Notes under the pieces: model-generated
Seen by the model: the letters and a program-made list of their open reading frames with translations, nothing else
Database searches by the model: none
Told to the model about the DNA's origin: nothing
Position numbers and translations under genes: made by a program
Assembly (NCBI GenBank): GCA_973895155.1
Contig: OZ316893.1
Coordinates: forward strand, 6,906,963 to 6,970,962
Length of the DNA: 64,000 nucleotides
Direction of reading: 5' to 3'
DNA from: Marsupella aquatica
Lineage: Eukaryota > Plantae > Marchantiophyta
In this document: in pieces, positions 11,661 to 23,899 of the stretch
Layout: every line of letters starts with the position of its first letter
Numbering within the stretch: position 1 is the stretch's first letter

Positions 11661-14600
11661 TTAGGAAGATTGGGCCGGTTGAGGTCTTAAGATCCGATGG
11701 AGATAATCACGAATTTCCGGAATTATATGCTCAATCAGGGTCGGGTACCTGCCACAAAACATGAGAATATATTGGCCAACTTTGATTTTTTAATCTTTTC
11801 ACCTTCTCTAGATGTTTCTTTCCGCAGGGAGGACTGGCCGACCCCGTCGTAATACAACCACATGTAGATACGAGACCAAAGAGATCTTGGGATCCAACAC
11901 CGTAAAAACCTAATGCCTTTCTTAAGGTAAATAATTAAGGTACCATCCAAGCTTAGAAACAACACGCAACATTATGAATCAATCCATAAAGGGACTGCAT
12001 GGCAGGTTATGAAAGGAGAAGCGACTTGTCCTTCAGCTCGTCAGATATTTTTGCCGTATTTCAATTCCTACATACCAGACTGTTTGGGTGGACAGGATTG
12101 AGACACAGGACTTGAGAAAACTTTCAGCATTCGGTCGAAGTGAGAATTCGGTAAAGGTGAACAATTCCTGAAGTCTTGCCATCACTAACAACCACGCCTA
12201 CTGAGAAAACAAGCAGTACGGTGACGAATCGATTCCGAGATCTAATTACACATGACTTAAGGAGCGGAAAGGTGTTTGAGATAGGAAATCCCACCCTGGC
12301 AAAAGGCACATCTGATCATGGTGATCCAGGATAAACAATACACAAGTATGTCGAAGAGAGACAGCATGGTATGCTTCCGCCAAATCATATACATTAGAAA
12401 CATTCTCCAAGGTTAAGTCCTGCAGCACAGATAAAATCTAGTATGAGTTCGAATTCGCCAACTTAGAAGCGAACCAAAGTTAAAAATCGCCTGGCAAAGA
12501 CAAGATTTTAAAGAATTAATTACGAGACTGCCTCACTGTGTATCGACCAAAATGAACGTATTGCTTATGAAACAAAAACAATCACTACGTCAAATGTTTA
12601 ATCACTCTTAGAACAAGATCACCTTTCTCAACGAGCCCCACAGGACACGTGACATGACACCTAGAAGCAGGGTAGGAGCTACTGACCCACGTCGAGGGTT
12701 GGTTCCACCTCATATATGAGAATATTAAAATGTTTTAGGACTAAACAATACAAGAGACTGCCAGATTTCCATCCGTACTGAGAAGAAGAGTGCCAAAACG
12801 AGTCATTTCTTGGCCTCACCTTTGCAATAGCATACTCGCAAAGTCTTTTTAGACCTTCTAGAAGATACTGATCAGCTGCTCTCAAGAGATCTTGAGCTAC
12901 ATCTGTAGTCACCTCCACAGTACCTGTGTAAATACATCTGCAATCAAACACCATAGGGTACCAGAGCAAAATTAAGAAAAATGAATTTAAAAGGTGTTCT
13001 CTCTCAGAGCAGTACGGAATGTCATATCTCATTTCTGATGCTGCTTAAAACTGGAGAACAGGCTCACCTCATCATAAGTTCAAAAACTTTCCAGCTTATG
13101 TTGGGGATTTCAATGTCTTTAGCTTCTTTTTCCTGCAAGCAAAACAAATTACCAAGCTTAGATTTCAAGAACGACGATGGCTCGTTTGAAATGGAGCAGT
13201 CCGGTGACGAAGTCCTGTCCTGAGATAGTTCTGGTCAACTCTTCTCATTACTCTAGCCTACATTGCCATTCTACAGTCGCCACGGAAACAACTAAATCAG
13301 GACTTCAGGTTCAATAATACATTAGGGTCAGAGTGATGAAGGGAAAAATCTTACCCTGTAACCCCCATCAAACATAGCTCGGAAAGCATCCGATGAAGCT
13401 AAAAGGGCAATCCTGTGCGCATAAAATCGATTTCCTGCAAACCCAGGCCTTCGGTTAACTTACGGCACTCATGCTGTAAGGGGAACAAACATTTGGCTAT
13501 CTTTTTGCCGCAGGAACTCACTCGGCACGCCACAATGACACTGCTACGCAATTAAACTGTTACAGAGAGGAATATCGCCAAACCTTCCACCAAAAAGGTC
13601 ACATCCGACAGGGTGCTGCTATTCACGTATTGCTCCCCGAGGTACACCTGCACCGTTCAACCAGTCAAGATGCCAACTTTTAGGGATCTATCTGGGTTCC
13701 ACGTATAGAATCGGAATCTTCAACCCAAGAGACGCAGACTCGGAAGTGGCACGACATTGCCTAGTATTGAAAATGGGTCCAATAGTCCTTGTCAATCGTC
13801 TCCATTAGTGAGCTGAGTAGCAAACTATCAAGCTTTACCTGTGGTGTTGGAGGAGGGGGAGCTGTATCTATGGGCGATTGTGAGTTTGCTTTCGTAGCAA
13901 GTCTGTGAACAGCTAGGGCACCATCGTGCTGTTGTTTCGGACTCTGGAATGAATTCAGCATTTCCAAAAGAATGTCCATACCTGCGGCAGCGAGACGCAG
14001 AAATTATTTTAAAACCTCTTATAAACAGTATTATTCACATCCGATACATAGTCCATGTCGAAGAAATACCTCGATCTCACAGTCAGATTGTTTATAAATG
14101 CAATATCTGAAAATGCAGGGAACCGTAATCGTACCATGATGTTCAATAAAAATGGTACGCTGGTCATCCGGAGAACACAAATGTGCTAGGGTGCAGGCAA
14201 CCCGTCTTTGAACAACTTTATCAACTGATCGCATTAGGTAGAGGAGGTGCTTCAACACCTGCATGAAAAGTTCAGAAGATTAGATTTAAATGATACTCTT
14301 CGAAAGTAAAGTACGGAATCTTTTAAATAATGGAAGTCTTCAGAAAGATGGAACATACCCGTCCATGTATTTTTTCTTCCAGTCTCTTTAGGGTTTTTTG
14401 GACACAATCTTTTGATGCCTGCCATGAATGAGGGATATTAGATATTAGCGTACTTAAGATACGGCGGAAATCATCTTCTCCACCTATTGCAGAAATTTGG
14501 AATCATTCTGACCAACACTATTCGTCAAATTCAGCCAATTTCCAAGAGTACGAATACAAAAATCTAAGAAAGAAACTATACACTGATACCGAACGGCGAA

Positions 14601-17600
14601 CTCGGAGGTTGATCGGGCCAACAAGAAACTTAGGCTCTATGGTTCACACCTGGACGATGAGGTCACCATCCTGAAGCCGTTGCACACCACCTTCTCTGAC
14701 TATATCAGACACATTGTCCTGAAGGAATGAAAAAACCTGTTAGCCATTGATACCATACATGTAGAATTGAAATGAACAGATCGTAGGGTATTGTCTAACC
14801 TCGTTGTCAGCTAAGCCGTAGAGAGCAAATGCTGCATTGTGTTGAAGTGATCCATTTTTGGAATCAAGAAGCTCAAGTAACGGCTTCAATCCTCCATCGT
14901 GTACAATTCCTGCCTGGTTGTGGGTATTCTGCACCGACTAAAACGTTCGAACGTGTTATTCAGCTCTTCAGCTGATTCATAGGGGGCACATACCCGAAAA
15001 TCAAAAAATTAAGATGCATAATGCACATAAGAGGAGACTACTCGAACTCTCATCTGAGTTTTCACTCGGTCAGACCTGAGCAAGCCGACCCAGAGCAAAT
15101 GCCGCCATCTCCCGAAGCTGCGGATCAGGTGCTTCCAGCATCTTAATGAGAGGTCGCACCGCACCACGTTGCACAATGTGAACCTACAGAGATACAATGC
15201 GTCTTCAGCCCACGATTGACGTATTGACGTGTAGCTGGAACAGAAACTAAACAACACTGCTCATGAAATCCCGGAGTTCTTTCAAAAGAGCTTCACCAAC
15301 CTTGCATTCAGGATCAGTTGTCGCGAATTGTCCTAAAAGGAGAGCTGCCTCTCTTTGGCTTTCTTGACAACGCGAGCTACAGACAATCACAGCCACTGAG
15401 GATTACAAAGAAATTCACCTCCAGAGGCCACAAATTTAGAGGCAAGTCTTTACAGATGAAAGCAAAACAGAGGAAAAGAACTCGCAACGCAGAGCAGTGA
15501 GTCCCAAAAACTATTCCACAAATGAAGGAAACGGAATAACACCTTAAGAGACCAATGACAGGTTGCAAAGCACCCGCATTCAGTACTTCTTTCTTTATGT
15601 TCACCGAAGAATGCACTAGGTTCCCAATAACTCCAACCTGCACATGAACAGAAACAGTGGACCAAACAAGAAGCGACAGATGTAAGCAACCAATGAAACT
15701 GTTGAACCTACAAGAGAGAAAAATAATTGATAAAAATACTTCGAGTTTGTGCAGTCATATCAATCATACCGCTTCATAGTGTATACCAACATCCTCGGAG
15801 CGCAACATGAATATAAGCGTTGGTAAAGCATTCTGCTCTACAATCTGCACACACAAATGGGATAATTGAGCACTCTGTACAAAAAACACAAACCGCGACG
15901 ACCCAGGGAAACTTGAAAAAAAATAGTTTAACTCCACTGACGTTACTCAAAAATTCAAAAGCAAAACTTCAAGTTGACAATCTAACCATTGTTACAGCAG
16001 AATATCTGTAACGATAGAAATGCGTGATGGTCGAACCTGGTTCTTGTTAGCCTCGTTCTTGAATGCCAGCGTTCGTAGAGCACCGGCGGCTGCCCTTTGT
16101 ACCTTGGTATCTGTGGACTCTAGAAGAACAACTAGAGGAGGAATACCGCCTTCCGTCCTGCGCATCACCCGAACAGCAGCAGAGGCTTCTAAAATCCATC
16201 GCTACGGCGAAGAATACTTGAGATTCGACAAGACAACCTCTCAATTCATATCGCAAGTGTCGAGAAAAACGGTACTGAAAAACTCAAGTGGTATCTTCCT
16301 CCTATCAGTCAGAAAGAGTTGTCATAGAGTGCAAGAAAACTACCTCACTCTACTTTTAATGTGGGCGTTCTCATGAGCCAAATTAGTGATGGCGTCTGCT
16401 GCCCGCCGAACGACGCCATTCACTGCTCGTGCATTGGACGGGTTGACCTTTCGCATCAGTAAAGCCACAAGGAAAGGAAGTGCACCCGCATCTGCAATGA
16501 GACGCTGATGCTCCGGCTGCAAAGGACAGGCACGACGAGAGAGTCAATCCAGCTTCAGTGGTAACCGTGTCAACCATGTTTAGGTGACACCACAACGGAT
16601 GCATGGGCCAGATATCTTTGGCAATATCAGACTGGGCTCCGAGATTCTGTATGCAGCCCGCGGACCTCCGCAAACATAGTGATTTCAAGAATCCCTCCGA
16701 AACGAAGTGTTCCCCTAGTCTACGGAAAATCTCTGATCATCACGACTAGAATCCCCGTTCAGACAAAATTAAACTATCTACGAAATCTGCGGGAAAAACC
16801 AGTATCCACGCCATACGAGGTCACAACGCACTGCGCGGCATGTAGCAGAGTGGCACACCAATCGCGTGTACCAATACAATAGAAACAACCCCCATTCGAA
16901 AGATCCAGGCAATAAGTTCGAAAGAATATTGTTACACGACAATGACCTCTTTGACTGACCTTAACAGCGAGTAGCCCGAGAGCGAATGCGGCATCTTTCT
17001 CCACTTCGTGTTCACAGGCAACGGGCCCTCCTTTCCCCTCGTCGACTGCAGGTGCACAAAGATGTGGTACTAAAGCGTCAACTGCGCCTTCGTCCACGAT
17101 TGGTTCAACATGCTCTTCTGTACAGAAACAAAGGGACGGTTCAGAGACAAACTTTCATTTCTTGATGCAACCACGAACGGTAACTCAGACTGCTTAGGCA
17201 TGGACCGGCATGGACCGTACACTCCGTTAGAAATTGACAATACGTTACGCAAATTCCATCATCAACAGTTTAAAGGCAATTTCGTAGTGATTCTTCACTG
17301 CCGGTTCATATGAATGGATAGAGGACAGCAAGAGTTATCAGCCAAGAACGAGCATTTCCCTGACTATGAACCAGACCCTGCGGAACAGATGCTGCAGAAG
17401 GCTCCAGGCAACGAGCATACGAAATCCAAGCATTAAATGCTCCTTGTCAACCCAAGTATGTACCATCGATCTCCAAACAAGCCTCCCTTTTAACTATCGA
17501 TAATAAAAACTGCCATTCGAAAACCCGCTGAAGAAAATTACGACGTGATGAGGGAAATAGTAAAAGTTAGAAACAAAGGAAATATGTGCTCCCGAACACG

Positions 17601-17890
17601 CAGGCAGGTGCATAGACACGCAGCTACAACGCATCGAAATTACTTGAAGAAGAGAGGAATTATAACTTACCATGCTTCGCAAGCTCTGCAAGAGCATGCG
17701 CGGCACGACGGGCAGCAAGTCGATCAGGCTCACTGCCCGACAAGCAGGCTTTCAAAATTGTCACCTGAGCTCTAACGTCCACTATGAGACGATTATTCAC
17801 CCCATCCGTGGCGAGAAGTCCTAAGGACGTGTCTGCCAGCTTTCTTTTATGCCCTTTCCTCTCACTTCCAGATAAAATCGTCGTGTCCAT
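11661..17890 (-). CDS. ARIA: ARM-repeat + BTB/POZ protein (ARIA/ABAP1 family), 19 coding exons
   Basis: Exons (approx.) 17890-17671, 17117-16960, 16516-16344, 16157-16037, 15844-15770, 15637-15543, 15376-15300, 15184-15076, 14928-14800, 14718-14650, 14418-14359, 14258-14134, 13982-13839, 13647-13584, 13434-13355, 13132-13068, 12937-12820, 12419-12295, 11748-11661, GT-AG. Peptides ERKGHKRKL, PEHQRLIADAGALP, VQRAAAGALRTLAFKNEANK, NTHNQAGI, BTB VYLGEQYVNSSTLSDVTFLVEG..FYAHRIALLASSDAFRAMFDGGYREKEAKDIEIPNI, C-terminus IIPEIRDYLHRILRPQPAQSS*. An alternative in-frame ATG lies at 17926. Confidence 0.96.
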
Positions 17891-20059
17891 ACGCTCAGTT
17901 CCTATTTCGAATGACCTTGTCTCCATAAAGAGAGGAGACCAGCAGAACGATGATTACACAGCGACGACAACCGTGGGAGGAGACGTCCAATCGAGTTAGG
18001 CAATAAGAATCTTCTTCAGCTTTCCCACCACCAATTGTTGACTTTGCAGAGATTTTCGTTTTCGTGTGAGTGACACAGAGGAAAAAAAGAAGGATTACTA
18101 ATCATATCCAACTAACTGTCCCTCTTGCACTCACACCTTCACTCACACCTTCCTCTCCATATCTATGCAACATTTACGGTCCGATGCAGATGCTAGCACA
18201 CCAATAAGCTGCCGCTGCAGCTCCTCCTCCTCACCGTCCACCTTTTCACGCCGGTCTTCATAATATATACCTGTCCGCTCCTTGTCAGCGCTTCCTGCTG
18301 CACTTGATGACCAAAAACTCGGCTTCAGAACACGTCCAGTTACATATAAGAACACCGTCGAATCCCTCAGCCTTCGTCCTTCCTTTCAACCCTTTTCCTT
18401 CCCTCTCCAGCTCCTTTATTCTTCGTCCTCGTTCTCCCCTTTCTGCCCCCGTTGCCACCTGCTTCTTCTGTACACAATCATCTCCTCCCTCCTCGCTCAC
18501 TCTATTCTTCTTCGGTCTCCCGAAGAAACGACGAACGCGAAGACCTCCGTGGTGTTTGTCTCCCCCACCATCTCCGCCATCCCTCGCCTGTGTTCCGTAC
18601 CTTCGCGATCTCCACACACGCCACCAGCCCTCTAATCTCTCCCGAGTCCCCTCCCAACTTTCTTTCCAAATCGGGAACAAATGTTAAACCAAGCTCCCCT
18701 GCTCCCCTCACACCACCCAAACAGACAGAGCCAATCGACGAACACCTATTCCACCTCCTATCAACGACCAGAGGGAGCGCATTCGAGAGCGCATTCGAGA
18801 GCGCGAGCGACGACAACACCGGAGAGCGGGGCGACAGTCGGGGCTGACAAAAATAGGACATGGAAAACCTCGTGGAAAGATCAAAGATGGAGCGTGTCAC
18901 CCGCCCTAATCGGGCATGGGTTCGTTCTTTCGGTCGGAGCTAGTGTCTGCCTTGCAATTTGCCTCTAGGTACATCGATGCCCTCCCGAACGTACAGCTGC
19001 TTTATCCCGCCGGACGCCCCCTCTGGTCGAGAACGAAACATCGTCTCGTTCCAACGGCTCCCACCCCAGCGATCGGTTTCCATGCCTCCGCGCCCGCCCC
19101 CTCACGCGCCCGGGACTTGGGTGCGGGCCTACCAACGGAGACGATCGCTTCGGCCAACGAACGAATGGAACTCACGAAATCGAAAACCAACACGGGCTTC
19201 CTTCTCCGTCTCCGCCCTCGCCCCTCGCCCCCCGTCCGTCGTCCTCAACTCCTCGCACTCCCTTTCCGTCCACGTCCAGCCGGTCGCCGGCAATCGCCGA
19301 CGACCAGCCCCGTCGGTCATCTCTCGGTCCCCCGCATTCGGAGTGGACCGGCTCGCTCGGTTCTCGGCGGTACAGTAGGAGGCAGCTTCATTTCGGCAAT
19401 TCAAATCAATAATTGATTCAAAATTCCGGTCGGTCGATCCCGGCCGTTGGTGCTCAGATCCGGCGGCCCGCATTGGATTCGGGCTTCACATTTGAAATCA
19501 CTACTAGCGTGGTCGAGTAAAAATGATATTCCGCGAGGATGCTCCATAAATAGATCTGCGAACGGTGCGGTAACTTTTGGATCCACAAGTTTCACATTGT
19601 GACAAAAAGAAATTGTGGCCATCATCATTTTTTGTCGATGCTTTGTAAGAAAATTTAAAAAATACACCCACTCCAGTGCATTGTGCCGATACAAGTTTGA
19701 ATATTATTTTCGAAAGGGGCTTGTGGGACTCGTTTCTCGAGCATCTTGAGTACCATTTCAAGAAGCCCGAAGGCAACCCACTTTCACTTTACTCGGCATC
19801 TTCTTGAAACGATGCACTAATGTGCCCCAATGATGAGTGGATGCTTCAAGATTGATTCTGATTGGAATTTCACAAACCTATTGCAAAATTGCCCTGGGCA
19901 TGGGCACAAGACATCAAGGTAAGGGAAAGCAGCTTGGTTGAGAAACCACAAATTTGATTGTTCAGGTATGAAGCTAAATCCTTAATGTTTTAGTTCTCAC
20001 CATCCATGAATTGTTGCAGTTCTGAAGACATGCCCTCACTGGGCAACATTTGTAGAAAT

Positions 20060-20610
20060 TATTTATTTTCTATGACTTTGGAGCGTTGCATATTTGCAGT
20101 TGCCATATCCTACTATGCATGCCAAAGCACTTATCTTTGAAGCGTCTTCTTGGTGCTTCGTCCGCTTCACCTCTTCCTTGGCCCTTCTATTTCTTATGGG
20201 ACACTTCTTGAATGTTGAGCAGTTCCCAGAGTCATCTACATCCTGGACATTCACATTTTTATTGTCATCTGAAGTACTAAGCACCTTGGGAGTGGAACTT
20301 GAGTTCTCCTAGTCCCCGTGTCCTCCCTTGCCAACATTGTTATCCTTTGATTTCCCCCTTGCCGTAATGGCCACTAGATTGCACAGCTTTGGGCACTCCT
20401 TCAAAATCCAGAGGCAAACCTTGAAACTCAAATTACACTTCTTTGGAGAATTATTCTTAGTTATACAAATCCTTGGCAACTCTCAATGCCTCAGCCTCCA
20501 TTGTGCGCGACGTGTTCAGTGCATCTACTTGTTGGTAACAGCCAATAATTTTTAAGACATCTTGCTTGATGTCCAACAACTTTCCTTTGAGGGACTTCTT
20601 CTTGGTGCTT
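20060..20610 (-). mobile_element. PIF/Harbinger Myb/SANT (NAM-associated) ORF relic
   Basis: Broken translation DIKQDVLKIIGCYQQVDALNTS..ALRVAKDLY..FKVCLWILKECPK..KCPIRNRRAKEEVKR matches the I..DVxKFxGCY / HCWxxL..PKW / RPxGxKxAK pattern of Harbinger accessory proteins. Confidence 0.7.
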
Positions 20611-22619
20611 AACTCTAGCACCTAGTTAGTACAACTAGAGCACAACTTAATCACAGTAAGAGGTTATTGAGATTAGACTAGTGGAGAGGGCCTACATACT
20701 GGAGGAGTTATTGTATAATGCAAGCAAACAGGAATTTGGATAGCTAGGAGAGTGTTGTTAGCAAGTCACAAGTTGTTTAATTTAAGTTTCTTTTGATTTT
20801 TGCCGGCTTTTCTATTTTTAGTGTTTTAAAGACTCCAGATGCCTATCAAGTTTGCTAGCCAAAAGAGTAGTCCCAAAAATGAATGTTACCAATCAGGTTG
20901 TTGTTAGCGAGGCAGTTGGATATAAAAAAATAGGGGTCATGTGAGTAAGAATTCTACTGTCTCCTCCCACCCTACAATTACCCCTGGAGGAGCACTTCAT
21001 CGTGCTCACATTAGAGATCAGTTTTTAGGCATTGAAGACTAGCTAGAGAGCGCTCACAGACTACAATCCTGTCATAAAGTAGCTTGTGAAATGTCAGGTT
21101 GTGGCATATGTAGTGTTAGTGCATAGTGGATTTCTTTGTGGCATATGTGTAGTGTTAGTGCATAGTGGATTTCTTTTGGCAGACGAATAGTGTTAGTGCA
21201 AAGTGAACTTCTTCTCTCAACTGCAAACATAATTTAGACCTGGCGAACCAGGTATTTTGTCTCAACTTGATTGTATGTTGTACATTGGTTATGTGTGACA
21301 TTGTGTTGTCATAATTTTATCTTCTTTCTCCTCACCTAAGCACCCTTCCCCTTCTACTTCTCATTAACTCAGGCACTTTGTCCCAGAATTTCTTATCTTG
21401 AATGTGGGCCAATATCTACACAAGATGTGCAACACACTGTAGCAGGCTTGCTTTAATTATCTTGAGAGTAATTCCCCCACCCTCATAGTTGCCACCATTG
21501 ATTGTTCATTCACTTTGTAGGTCTTGCAATTTGAGAGTGGACACAAGAATTGCATAGGGGTCCCGACAGGGGTTTTGCACAAGGAATGTGTTGAGACTCT
21601 CAAAACCTTTGAACCCTAGTCCTAGTCGTATTGCCTTAATCCCATTCCCTAAAAAATGCAGCAATGTCATGTTAGTTTTGGAAATACACAGAAAGGGAGT
21701 CAGGTTTGGTCTGACCCATGGGTGATTTTTGGACGTTGATAAGGATGGAGCCATGATTGGAGTTCCATGGCTTGACCACCATGTGCAGCAAATGTGGCAG
21801 CCAAGGTCCAGCCGGCTGGAGGTCTGGTGTTTAATGTTTTGGGATGGGAGATGCCGGTGGGCAGGTTGGCCGCTAAAATCTAACTCTTGTACGTGACACC
21901 TTGAGATGCACTTAGTATACAAGGAGGGGGAGAAGTACATACAAGAGGTAAGTACATATATATATGGCCCCCTGATTCACGAAAAAACTAATCCAAATGA
22001 TTCACTAAGTATGCATTTTTTTAAAGGCCCAAACAATGTCCAATGGTGTAAAGGCAAAAAGGGTCAAGAGAGGACACCCGAGTTAATTTGATTCAAAATA
22101 TACTATTACTCCATGAGTGTACTAGTTGATATTAAGCTGAGTAACACTAATTCACTAGCAGAGCCCGAAAATCTATGCTTGAATAAGTGTGACTGAGTAA
22201 CAATAATCATGGTACTTATTTGGGCAATATGCTATATTTCAGAGAGAAATGTGAAGTTTATACCAGGAAAGGAGAACCTCAAGGGATATCCAGACACATG
22301 GCCACTCAAATTCACAATGGGAGGAGTAGACAATGACATTACTTTATGTATGCTTGCCAAACCTATCTTAAGGATGAATGAAAAATTGCCATGCATTTAA
22401 GATCCATCTTAACTTGCTTAAGAAAATTTGCTGTTCACATTTAACCATTGGAATTTAAATGGTTAAATGTGTTTATAGTCACCAGGCACTCACACCATTA
22501 CAAGTCAGTTATCACTGCTTCTCTGAGGAAGTTTATAATTATCACATTGCCAAAAAAAACAAAAGGCGTGCAACTGGAGACACTATCCTACAGGCATGAG
22601 ACCCAATAAAATGAGAGCA

Positions 22620-23680
22620 AACAAGGGAAAACCCCAGGCAGTCCAAAGAGCCAAAAAAGCCTGAAAGTTCCCAACAAAACTAAAAATCTCACACCCTACT
22701 GTTTGGCAAGTTGAAAAGCCTGGTAGAGCTATGAGGTAAACTACATAGAACGGTCATGTAGAAGGGTTTGACAGCAGGCCTAACGCCAACAACCTCACCC
22801 GTCCAAAAAATAGTGAATGCCTGAGTTCTCTATAGATGGGTGACAAAAAAACAATTGGCTATGTCACACCTAACAACCAGTTTTGCTCATTTTTGTCCTC
22901 ACTCTTAAATATAATGCAGATGTGCCATTTTGGGAATTTGTAAAGAATTTGGATAATTTCACTTGGTGCACAACTGCTAGAAATGGCATTGTCCAAAGGT
23001 TGTGCACCTAGTGCAAAAAATTATCTAAATTCTTTACACGTCAATGTGCACAACCTTTGGACAATGCCACCACTGAAAAAGTTCTGCAAGGCAAAACAAC
23101 TGTAAGTCTTCCAAAAATGAAGGGTAGCAAGGACAAGCGCTGCAGGGGAAGACTTCTTGCCATCAAGGAGTGCTGAAATAGAAACGGAAGGAAGAAAGAG
23201 CTCACAAGAAAGGCCTTCAACCTGCCTATACCACAGTGCTCCATCACAAAAGTCATATGTTATCATTACCGTGTCAACTGGATGCAAAGTGAACTAGTGT
23301 AAATATCTTTTCTCTGACACAAGTCAATCAAGAGGTCAATCTTATTGACCTAAGAGATTTGCTATACAATCAGATTGACAGTAGATACGTCTTTATCTAA
23401 AGTAAATATATTAATACATTTCAACATAGAAAATGCTTCTAAAAATTGATATGATACATATAAATTAACAATTTGAATATCAAATGGAGATATGATCCTG
23501 CTTCATGATGTCCATCTTGTGTCACTTTAGTTGAAACTTGATACATTTGTTTAGGGACTCTCCTATAGGTCCATAGCTTTACCAGGTTTTTCAATTTGTT
23601 GGTCAATTTTTGGTTTGCCTTGTTGGAGACTCTCTGGCTTTTTGGCTCTTTGGTGTTTTTGGGTTTTCCAATGGTTTCCT
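22620..23680. repeat. Pair of degenerate ~110-bp inverted repeats (about 22620-22735 and 23570-23680)
   Basis: TTGAAAAGCCTGGTAGAGCTATG versus revcomp TTGAAAAACCTGGTAAAGCTATG; CCAAAGAGCCAAAAAAGCC versus revcomp CCAAAGAGCCAAAAAGCC; no TSD found. Confidence 0.65.
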
Positions 23681-23899
23681 CCCTTTGTTGGCGTTTTAGG
23701 ATGCTGTAGTCTGTTGGCGCTGTTAGGTCACTGCCAGTTATGTGTCTGCAACAAGTTCCACATGTGGACGAGTGGATGGATCCCTAGCGCCTGGCAGATT
23801 CACTTACACAATTCTACTTTTCCTGCAAGTTTTCAGCAATTTCAAAGGGCAAAAGTTAAGATCTAGAGCCTCTATAATAAGTAAAGGGAATGTTTGTAC

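Noticed and set aside
18282-19473. Many overlapping ORFs of 95-166 aa upstream of ARIA
   Set aside because: Low-complexity translations of GC-rich or CT-rich leader and promoter DNA; mostly non-ATG starts, no domains
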